DNA of 64,000 nucleotides from Lepidodermella squamata (taxonomy: Eukaryota > Animalia > Gastrotricha): NCBI GenBank assembly GCA_047495785.1, contig JBLDXI010000017.1:310001-374000 (forward strand). The letters are read 5' to 3'. Shown here piece by piece: positions 12,001-21,692 of the stretch. Under the pieces are notes generated by a model, which did no database searches, was not told the origin of the DNA, and saw nothing but the letters and a program-made list of their open reading frames with translations. Position 1 is the first letter of the stretch. Every line of letters begins with the position of its first letter. Position numbers and translations under genes: made by a program.

Positions 12001-15000
12001 AATGTCCAGAAACGAGGTGGTCAAAACTTCGCGGATTGGGATGAGTCATTAGGGTCGAGCTCGAACGCGGCTCAACACTGGGCGAAGGGTACTGGGTTCG
12101 GCAGTGGCCCAACTAGTGTCAACCAATCGATTGATACCCGATTCTCGCTGGCTAGACAACGGCAGGAGGAGCAGCTATTGACGCTGTGTTTCCGGCTAAT
12201 CAGCCAATTTGTCGCATCTTCGAATCGTTGCGCTGATCTACCAGCTGTTCAACGCATGTTCTCCCTCATTTCCCACTCGTGTTTCGTCACTATTCTATCG
12301 AGTTATCTACAAAATGATTCGATTATGGACGTTTCGCGGCATTTGCTGCTCTACGAATCCGCCTTAAATTTGTGGTCGGTTTTGGCGGAGGAAGAGTTGA
12401 CGCATGGCCGGCAGTTGGGACTGTTCGATTCCTGCGGGAAAATGGCGACGTCGCTAGCGTCGTTTGAAGACCGGCTATCGGCCTATGTCGGGACACTGCG
12501 GGTGATTACGGCCGCGTCGCAGAGTGGGCCCAGCTCGGAGAGTGCGCAGTTGAGTGAGGCGGGGGCGTCTTCGAATTCCCCACCCGGCACGCCCGAGTCG
12601 GATTTGGACCCATTATTGTCGGCGGTTCGGCGAGCTCAACGGAGTAATGAGAAACTGCTGGCGGCGGCTGCTCAGTCGCGGAAGGACGATCGGGAAAATA
12701 CGGGTGGCATTGAAAAGCTCGAATCTGGGGCGGATCAACTGGGCGCAGAAGGTAAATTATTTCATGAGCAATTTTGAACATCTTATTTTCGATTTTTTTT
12801 TAATTTTATTTTGCTGTAAAACTTTGCAAATTTATATTTTAAATTCATTTGAGCTTATTTTGAATGTTATACGAATTTTTTATTTTTAAGGAGGATTTTT
12901 CTCGAATCAAAAAATATTTTATTTTTCTAATTTTTCATTAATACTTGGGCGAGATGTTATTGTTGGGGCCCGAGCCCGATTTCAGCCCGTACGCGTTCGG
13001 GCCGGCCCGTATGCGACCGGGTAACAGCACTTTACCACTCCGCGCTCGGGCCATTCTATAACGTGCCCGTATGCGACGTTTACTGTAAATTTAACAAATT
13101 CGAAAGAATCACGCTCCACCGCACACGGGCCGGCCAAGGTGTTGGCCCGAGCACGGCGGAGAACAATAGCAAACAGCGCTATTGTTCAGCGCCGCACTCG
13201 GGCCGCCGGGCTCGGGCATCTGGAATCGAGCCGTCGGGCTTGGGTAGCCGGGCTTGGGTCATCCTACAACCACTGCCCGACCCGATCACTGTATCAAGTC
13301 CCGGCCCGAACCCGGCGGCCCGGGTACGGCGCGCGCAAGTGCCTAACAATAGCACTGGTTCCCATTGTTCTCCGCCATGCTCGGGCCAACACCTTGGCCG
13401 GCCCGTGTGCGGTGGAGCGTGATTCTTTCGAATTTGTTCAATTTACAGTAAACGTCGCATACGGGCACGTTATACGGGCCCCAACATTATGATTAAAATC
13501 TATTGATTAGTTTGGAGAGTAATTTAGCGATTCAGAATCAAAGCAATTGCTAGAAATAGTCCTATCACGAGTCCTTGGTTATGGTTGACATTTCCATGAC
13601 TCGCCAAAATCGAATTGTAGGAGCTGCCACTCGACGAACTTCCAGTCGATGATGTAGATTTCGATGAAGAAGATGAAGATGAAGATGAAGACGAAGACGC
13701 GGAATTCAAGGTCGAATTGACTGTTTTTGATGCACCTGCAATAAGCCCACTGACAATTCCAATCCCTTGGCCAATGAGATTTGACGCGACATTCGACGCG
13801 ACGTTAGTGCCAGTAGCAACGCCATTGCTAGTGCCACTTGCGATCAAATCGCTGGTTCGCGAAATTAAATTGCTGCTCGATGCGCTGCTGCTAGACGACC
13901 CGCTTAGTCCGCTTGCGAATAGGCTGTTTAGATTGAATCCTACTCCAGAGCCAGGGATGCTGATTGAAGGCAGGGTGAAGCCGAGAAAACTCGGCGCCGG
14001 TGTTTGCGCGTTGATTCCGGCCGCAAAAATTGCGAATATTACGGGCAATACTAGAATTCTCATTGTTTGTCCAAACAGTAAACTTTCGAGTTTCAATTAG
14101 TAAAAGAGCTGTAAAATTTCTTGGTAGATCTTTAACTCAATCGAGGTTTTATATAGGAATCTTAGTTTCGCGGGGGTTACACGTTACGCAGGGATTAAGT
14201 ACGGCGGTCTTTTGAATTTTCAAGGGTCCCGGCTAATGGAATGGCGATGACGAAACGCGTAAGATGCCCACGCCCGTTAATCTGCCGTTGTTTCGGAAAA
14301 GGAAAAGGCGCTTTTTTGTTGATCTTCTAATGAAACGTTTAATGTAGGCGAAACGCGCGGATTAATGCGGACGGTGTTTGTTAACAGCGTTCCGAGTCAT
14401 AACTGTATGAAAGTGATATTTTGAATTTTAAAACGGAAGACAATATTGAAGACGAAAATCGTTGCCAAAAATTAATTAAGCCGTTATTGTTTAGCATTAA
14501 CACCAAACTTCATTCAAGAAATTCAAGCTTTGCTTAATCGCTTTGGATTAATTAAAATATTTCGCAAAAACAACACGATGAAATTCGCATCTAATTGAAT
14601 TTATTTCATTTTCATTCTGAAATATTCGTATGTCAAAGCCAGCGTATCAACATAATTTGTACTAAAAATATCAGATTTTTCCGAAATTTCGGACCTTCGC
14701 TCGAACTGCTGGAAATTATCAGCTGCTGATTAGGCAGATCTCTCAGAAAATTGCCAATTAAATTGCCGTAATTATCAACTTGTTGCAAATCTGAGTTGAG
14801 CCTGGCCTTCGCATCCGTTGGCATTACAGTTGCTTGAAACGTGTTGTTGATTGAATTTCCGACTTGATTTCCTGCGGTAGCTATCGTTTTTATGGCTTTC
14901 GTCCCACCGGTAACAACTTGACTGGTAAAGCCTAAAATCTGGCTGACGAGACCTCCGGTTAAGCTGTCAGCTGAAGCAATAATTCCACCAAAATTGATTG

Positions 15001-16880
15001 TAGCGATAGGCGCTTTAGTTTGGCCGAATATTCCGCCTGGAAAATTGGAAAAATGAAGAAAATTCAGATTTTTCGAAATTTAGCAAACCAATGAGTAATC
15101 CGTAAATCAAACATGCCAGTGCGAACTTCATTTTTCCAGCAAAAATCGATGATATTTTACATTTTTGGTCTCAATTTTTTCAAAATTTAAAGACCCCATT
15201 TTGCGTGGATTTGTTTACAACCCTGTTTTTTTAAAAGTCGTGTAAGTGGGATAATCCGATTATCAACTCTGACCGTGTCCATCCCACTCTAGTTTTTTTG
15301 CCTTCATCGTTGGTGGGCATTTGGCTTCAGCCCAAAAGTTAACAAGTTCTGTTTCCTCTTTTGTGAATCATTAAGATGGATTAAGATTAAAAAATCAGAA
15401 ATTATTTATGAATATTTTTTGTGAGGAAACATATTTTTTATTTTTGTAATTTTTTCAGAATCTTTGTTGTCGATTGAAAGTCGCTACTCTTCCGCGCTCA
15501 AGTCGATGCAGTTCCGATCGTGGCAAATCGTGTCGACCAGCGGCGGTTCTAACCCGACCTTCGTCGCCAAAGTGCCGTACCACTTCATCGGAAACATGGC
15601 AAATTCCGGGTTCTCAAGCTCCGCCTCACGGGCACGGCGAATCGCTCAAGAAGCCGTTTCGCTGCGAAGTTCGCTACCCCTCTCGCTGTCAAGCTCAGTT
15701 TTTGTTGTAGTCGACGAAGCGCGGCTGGATGTGATCAAAGTCATGATAACGGGCCCGTCTGATACGCCGTATGCGAACGGGTGTTTCGAATTTGATGTAT
15801 CGCTGCCTGGCGACTACCCGGCCTCGCCTCCCCTCGTTCACCTGTGCACGACCGGCAACGGCCAGGTGCGCTTCAATCCGAACCTGTACAACGACGGCAA
15901 AGTGTGTCTGAGTGTTCTCAACACATGGCACGGCAGGCCGGAGGAAAAGTGGAACCCGCAAACTTCTAGTCTCCTTCAGGTGAGGGAAATTTAAATTTGA
16001 AAATTGAAAATTTCGAAAAATTCAATTTTTCAAAAGTTTGAACCTTGGATTTTCTCGAGCTTTTAAAAAAATATAATTGGTATTCTAGCTTGAATAATTT
16101 GTAATCGATTTATATTTCAGGTTTTGGTCTCAATTCAGTCGCTAATTTTGGTCTCGGAGCCGTACTTCAACGAACCAGGCTACGAAAGATCTCGCGGCTC
16201 AGCAGCGGCTCGCATCGCCTCGGCTGAATATTCGGCTGAAATCATGGCCCAGACCCTGAAATGGGCCGTCGTCGAACAACTGCGCCGGCCATCGCCTTGC
16301 TTCGCTGACGTCATCAAACGTCATTACGCCATAAAGGTAAAAATAAACTGAAAATTTTTAAATTTTGAGAACATTCGTGAAATTTCACCGATTTTTCTAA
16401 ATTTCGAATAATCGATTCTCATACCTATTTCTGGTGAATTTTTTTTATAAAATATTAAAAAATTATTAAACATATTTATTTCAATTTTTATTTTTCGGAA
16501 AATTCAATGTTAAACTTTATGAATAATTTTGAAATATTTTCTAGAAAAATGAAATGCTGGCTCAATGTGACCAATGGATCGATTTAGTCAAATCAATGGG
16601 CTCTGAAGCGTCGGGAAATTCGCCAAGCTCCACAATAACCACCTCTGGCACTGGCTCGGAGACTGTTGCCGTGAGCAGTATATTCCCGGCGCCGAGCAGC
16701 GGCCCGTCGACCGGGACAACGGACAATGTCGTGCTGATCGGGTCGTCTGGCCGCCGGTTCCAGCAAATGCTAGTCGCGCTGCGGCGGTCTGTCGATCAAG
16801 TTCGCGAAGAGCTGAAAAATCTCGACTCGCTCGTTAAATCGGGCGACGTCTTCGGCGGTGATAGCAATAAGCAGTCGTGA
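1..16880 (+). CDS. BIRC6: BIRC6/BRUCE/Apollon giant ubiquitin E2/E3, 5' end outside the window. Exons <1-4094, 4387-6391, 8155-9166, 9508-12751, 15459-15979, 16121-16336, 16545-16880.
   Basis: C-terminal UBC domain [37 protein letters not shown]|[30 protein letters not shown]6-type motifs [15 protein letters not shown] and [11 protein letters not shown]. All GT-AG junctions join in frame. Confidence 0.93.
3950..4463 (+). other. TAZ zinc finger (CBP/p300 TAZ1-like) within the BIRC6 reading frame, split by intron 4095-4386
   Basis: Spliced peptide [74 protein letters not shown] contains three HCCC zinc sites. Confidence 0.85.
6990..7946 (-). pseudogene. Possible decayed antisense gene in a BIRC6 intron: kringle-like fragment, hydrophobic stretches and a duplicated PLYSEA tail
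   Basis: The minus frame at 7946-7817 reads [36 protein letters not shown]. Two ~100-bp copies (about 7000-7090 and 7270-7365) encode [24 protein letters not shown] with many third-position differences. Stops and frame changes lie between the pieces. Confidence 0.3.
12961..13486. mobile_element. TG...CA-ended element with a 4-bp TSD (Ginger-like or solo-LTR-like) containing a long-TIR MITE
   Basis: Ends TGTTGGGGCCCG ... CGGGCCCCAACA, flanked by TTAT at 12957-60 and 13487-90. Confidence 0.6.
13057..13474. mobile_element. Foldback MITE with ~111-bp terminal inverted repeats
   Basis: 13057-13167 is the reverse complement of 13364-13474 with two mismatches. Both ends are TATA, compatible with a TA target duplication. 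Confidence 0.85.
13524..14063 (-). CDS. Nested intronless gene: secreted Ser/Gly-rich protein, probably GPI-anchored (~179 aa)
   Basis: ATG at 14063. Signal peptide [19 protein letters not shown]. Poly-Ser tracts. Hydrophobic C-terminus [20 protein letters not shown] box upstream. Confidence 0.8.
   Translation of the reverse strand: MRILVLPVIFAIFAAGINAQTPAPSFLGFTLPSISIPGSGVGFNLNSLFASGLSGSSSSSASSSNLISRTSDLIASGTSNGVATGTNVASNVASNLIGQGIGIVSGLIAGASKTVNSTLNSASSSSSSSSSSSSKSTSSTGSSSSGSSYNSILASHGNVNHNQGLVIGLFLAIALILNR
14147..14156 (-). promoter_or_regulatory. TATA box for the nested gene 13524-14063
   Basis: CTATATAAAA on the minus strand about 85 bp upstream of the ATG. Confidence 0.5.
14633..15131 (-). 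CDS. Second nested gene: small secreted protein with a GPI-like tail. Exons 15131-15089 and 15036-14633.
   Basis: [14 protein letters not shown]|[42 protein letters not shown]...[27 protein letters not shown] 52-nt GT..TTCCAG intron joins in frame to ORF 14633-14824. Confidence 0.75.
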
Positions 16881-17310
16881 GAAAATGAAGAGGAAAAATC
16901 TGTCAATCAATTTTTTGCCGGAAAATTCGGAAATAAAAAACTTTATTATTAGTATGAAGACTGCAGTCGGTAACTACCTTTTAGTACTGTCTACTATCTG
17001 TATTATGGGAATGAAGAAACAGAAGCGTGCATCACGAGACGAAAATGTAATAATTCTATCTCTCGGATCTTTCTTTTTTGTCACAATGCGTTACTCAATA
17101 TCATAAAATGATCGGAATGAAAGAGGAACGAATAAAAAAAATTTCAATAAAATTGCTAAAATTTTAACTGGTTTTCTGCGTTTTTTTATGACGGGTTTGA
17201 CTTGCATAAAACCAGTTTTATTAGCAGGATGCACAGCTTCATGAGATTAACCATAACTATTACGGCTGCATTTTTTCGAATCACAGCCATTAATCGCCGC
17301 GATGAACTAT

Positions 17311-18092
17311 TTAGGTTGTAAAACAGTTCAGCAAAGTCACTTCAGCGGGGACATTTGAGCACGCGACACTTCAGCAGTCAATAGTTCGGTAGACGGCACT
17401 TCAGCAGGCGACAGGTCAGCAGTTGTTAGTTCAGCAGTCGCTATAGATTAGCAAACAGCATTTAAGCTTCAAGCAATCGACACTTCAGCAACTCTCACTT
17501 TAGCAGCTGTGTTGTTCAGCAAACGACTCTTCAGCATCTCAACAATATGACAGACGACAATTCAGCAGAAGACTTGATAGGCTTTTCAGCTTACAACATT
17601 TGCTCCAGTGTGAATTTGAGCCGCGCCGAGCTCAGAAGTGTTTTCAAGCAATCAGTTGGAAACTTAATGTTTTTATGGTGTTGACATGCATGGGAAAAAA
17701 CTCGTTCACCCGCCTTGTTTGGTGTGGTCATTGACCCGCTTTGATGTTGACATTGTCAACCGTGTCAACCCCTTGAAAAACCGTGATATAATCTGCGTTT
17801 TAGTATAACTTTTCAGCAAAAGACATTTTGTCAGAACAACACTTCAGCAGGTACAAAGACTCAAAGCTTTTTATTATATGGTTCACGATTTAAAATGTGG
17901 TTCTGCTGAACTGTCGTCGGCTCCACATGGTCTCTGCTGAACTCTACAATTTTCGAGAGCTATGTTTATACCAGGCGCTGCTCATTATTTATTTGCTCAT
18001 TTGACGCGTATGCAGAAATGACTTCTGCTCAAATAAATCCTTGCTCACAAGACTAAAATATCACCGCTGAACTGAACAGTCTTACAACCTAA
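17311..18092. mobile_element. Non-autonomous DNA transposon with ~15-bp subterminal repeats (foldback/MULE-like)
   Basis: TTAGGTTGTAA ... TTACAACCTAA termini. Arrays of TTCAGCA-containing units on the left are mirrored by (T)GCTGAA units on the right. Confidence 0.65.
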
Positions 18093-18453
18093 TTGACGAC
18101 CATTGTCCTTTGACTTGGAGTTTTGGCTCCTTCTCTTGGGTGTGAAATTAGGCCTTGCACATCCATCATATTTTTTATAGAATTTTTGTGACTTTTTTGG
18201 CAGCGATTGTTACAGATCATTGTTACAAGCAAATTCATAATTCATATAAACAACCATGCCGGGAAGGATTTTTTGTATTTTCAGTCCTGAGTTGACACGT
18301 GCTTCATTCAGTTGTTTTTACTGGAGCAGCGAACATTTTCGCGGTTTTATCATTATTTTTTTCATAATTTTTAAGGTGACATTTTAAGTGGTTGTAATCC
18401 CGGTCATTCAATTTTTACGCGATTTTTAGGTAAATAAATATTTGAAAATAATA

Positions 18454-20209
18454 ATGGCCCCTAACGATAAGCCAAACCCAGCTCAAGTGAAGCCGACGAT
18501 TGCGGTAGTCGGCGCTGGGCCAGCTGGTCTCGCTGCTCTGTACACCCTGCAGAAGCACGGCGGTTTCACCGTCACCGCCTTCGAACGAGCCGCTGATCTC
18601 GGTGGCGAATGGTGCTCATCAGACGAAGCGGACCGCATCGAAAACGGCCATCCACTTCGCGGCAGCACCTACGCCGGTCTTCACATCAACGTAACGAAAT
18701 CAGTGTTCGCTATCCACGAAGATTTGCCATTCCCAGCCGACTGCCAGTCCTACCCAACGCGGGAAGAGGTCAATGCCTATTTCCTGAATATCGCGAAAAA
18801 TTACGATCTGCGCAAATACATCAGCTTTTCAACGGATGTTATCGACATCAAGCACGACCCGGCTGTTGACCAGCTGGTTTTTCGCGTGAAAAATCTGCGA
18901 AGCGGCGAGGTGACGATGCGAAATTTCGACTACGTCTACATGTGCGTTGGCCAGAATCGGTTGCCGAAAATTCCGACTGATGTTGATTTGACGAAATTCA
19001 CCGGAACCTATTTGCACTATCACGACTTGAAAGATCCGTCGCGGTTTTACGGCAAGCGCATTTTGGTTGTTGGCAATTCTTACGGCGCCATGGATATGGT
19101 GATTTACTACACGGATAAATGTCAGGGAAAATTGGTTCTTAGTTACCGCCACCAGATGCCGTTTTTTGCCAAAAGTTGCAAAGGTATTGAATTAAAAAAA
19201 AAATAAAAATGAATGTTAAATGTTAAAATTAAATTAACTGAAATTTACACAATTTTGGTCCATATTTTAGAACATATTTTTAGAACAAAATTCAACAACA
19301 ATAAAAAATGAATCAGTTGAAATAAAAAAAATTCAACCCATATTTTGGGACATTTTATTTTGAAATTACAACATTTCGAATTTAAAAACAAATTTTCAAT
19401 TTTCAATAAAAATTAAACCTTAAAATTTCAGGGATTAAATTAGCATTTAAAAACCCAATGACCCACTTTTTTTGGGATTTGGGACATTATATTTCGAAAT
19501 TTGAAAATGTTTCAAAATTTCAAGTACTTAAATTTTCCAAGCTTTATTTTAGCTTTTATTTGTTTCGTAATTTTATTTTATTTCAAATTCTCCAGACAAG
19601 GTTGACATTCGCCCGAAAATGGCCGAGGTGTCCGGAAACCAGGTCAAATTCGTCGATGGGTCGACGGCTGATGTTGACGTTATCGTTTTCGCGACCGGTT
19701 TCGATCATTTCCACCCATTGAGCGGCGATTTGGCCGTTGATTGCAACAAATCGAACCATTTATTCCCGCTTTACAAACACGTCGTGCACCCGGCTTGCCC
19801 TCGCATTTTTTTCATCGGCAAAGCTGACTTGCTTATCGAATCGCAAATGCGAATTGATGTCGAGTTTGGCATTGCGGTGATTGAAGGTAGGATCAAGCTG
19901 CCGAGTCGTGAGAAAATGTTGCGAGACATTGAGCGATTTTACGCGAGATGGGAGCCGCTTGTCCTGCGACAGGGCGAGTTCGATATGGGGCTGAATTTCC
20001 CGCCGATGGAGCTCGAAATGGAGCAAGCTACTGAAAAGGCAGCTATGGCTAATTGTCCACCGGTTCCGAAACGAGTCTATTACCTGTTGTATGAGACCTT
20101 GAGCAAAATGCGCGATGATGTGTATCGATTCAGAGACTACAAGGAGAAGCCGATCAGCAACAACGGCGAGGAGCCGGAAGATTTCAAATATCTGATTGCG
20201 CCGTGTTGA
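18454..20209 (+). CDS. Flavin-containing monooxygenase (FMO). Exons 18454-19183 and 19596-20209.
   Basis: FAD motif VVGAGPAG, FMO fingerprint FTGTYLHYHDLK, NADPH motif VVGNSYGA and FATGF. The phase-1 intron joins KSCK|DKVDIRPKMAEV. Confidence 0.92.
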
Positions 20210-20717
20210 AATTTTTTGAAATATGGCCATGGGATGGTAATTGGTTGATTTCAAATATGTGACGCGTTGTTCCAATGATTAGCGAAAATAAATATATTGT
20301 GAGGCAATTTTTCCAATTTTTGCGATTTCGGCCTTTTCTTTCCGAAGAATGTTTCCAGCAACTATTTTGGACCTACCTTTCTGCGCCATAGTTTGACCTA
20401 CTTTTGGAAACAGCATGGATGTCATCGTATAACTGTCTCTTACTTACAACGTGACAATGTTCTTCCCGCGTACCTATTCTTTCCTAGGCAGTGGGGGAGA
20501 GCATGGGCAAATATAATTTCAAAAGTTCCTTTGTTTCAGTTTTACATTTATTGTAAAAACATACAAAAGTTCCTTAGTTTCGATGATCAAGTGACGCTCT
20601 CACGCTTTCATGGGTTCATTAATATTTTTATTTTATTTATGCATTCGAAATAAATTCGACTCACAAGATCCAATTTAACCTGTTACGTAGACTGTCAAGT
20701 TAGAAGTAGAGTTAAAC

Positions 20718-21487
20718 TGGGTTCACGGACTCGCGATTTGTCGCGCGCGACAACTGAGTGGCGCGACAAATCAGGAGTCGCGCACTTTTTCACGGACTCG
20801 GCGGTGTCGCGCGTGTCGCGGGTGTCGCATCAGTGTTGCGCGCGATAAAACGCTAGGGTGTTCACGGACTCAACGACGCCACAGGCGCGCGAACAATAGG
20901 GCTGGACGGCCGGACAGCGGGCAACAGAAAGAACAATGAATTTTGTCCCATTCCTCCAAGATTTTGTCGCGTGTCGCGTCGCGAGGGGGAAAATCGCCTG
21001 TTTTGGGCGCGACATCGCGACAACGCGACAAGTTGGAGGGAAGTAGGCAATAATAATAATAATAATAAAACGCCCGCCCGCACAAGATCAAATGCCGATG
21101 ACACAAAACACAGGTTTATTCGAACTCCTTACTAGGTGTATAAACTTCAGTTTTATTAATTCGCGCGAGAACCCTATATTCATTCGATAAAGAATTATGC
21201 AGATTTTATTTCGGAACTAAAACCGCCGCGAAATTGTAAAATAGCCCTTTGACATCAGCGCACGCGGCCGAAAATGTTTAGAAAATTATTTGTAATTTTT
21301 CATGATTTCATTCCGCTTTTACCCGCAATTGCGCGACCGACGCTTGGGGGTCAGATGGAGCCCGGAGTTGAGCCACAACAACAGTTTGTCGCGCGCGACA
21401 GCATTTTCAAGCGTGACTATCTGTGTGTGTCGCGTCGCTGTTTTCGTGTGACACACCCGCGACAATCGCAGAGTTCGTGAACCTAGC
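20718..21487. mobile_element. MITE-like element rich in TGTCGCG/CGCGACA repeats (possibly hAT-derived)
   Basis: Imperfect TIRs CTGGGTTCACGGACTC and GAGTTCGTGAACCTAG. Internal TTCACGGACTC copies. No clear TSD. Confidence 0.55.
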
Positions 21488-21636
21488 TTCGAAAAGTAGA
21501 TAGAGATGGCAAGGGTGCTGAGGGGTAGTCAACAAGAGTCCAAAAAGTCCTGTAAAATGAATATATGGAGTTATTACGGAGTTTACCATATGACCCCACT
21601 CGCGAGTAGTCAGCATGTATTCCTGCCAACTTATTT

Positions 21637-21682
21637 GCAGACCGCATAGAGAATAGAGTTACCTATTCTCTATGGCAGACCG
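21637..21682. mobile_element. 30-bp P-element-type end remnant (probable excision footprint) with an 8-bp TSD
   Basis: GCAGACCG-CATAGAGAATAG-AGTTAC-CTATTCTCTATG-GCAGACCG. Confidence 0.7.
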
Positions 21683-21692
21683 TTATCTACGC

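Noticed and set aside
20-12777. ORFs 20-4159, 4506-6395, 8192-9190 and 9502-12777 as separate genes or an operon
   Set aside because: Each has in-frame splice sites joining it to the next and on to the BIRC6 UBC domain.
13063-13492. ORFs of 119 and 117 aa
   Set aside because: They lie inside the GC-rich palindromic MITE and show no protein-like features.
14230-14365. Two CTAATG...GAAACGCG motifs resembling hammerheads
   Set aside because: The core is CTAATG rather than CTGATGA, and stems I and II do not pair convincingly.
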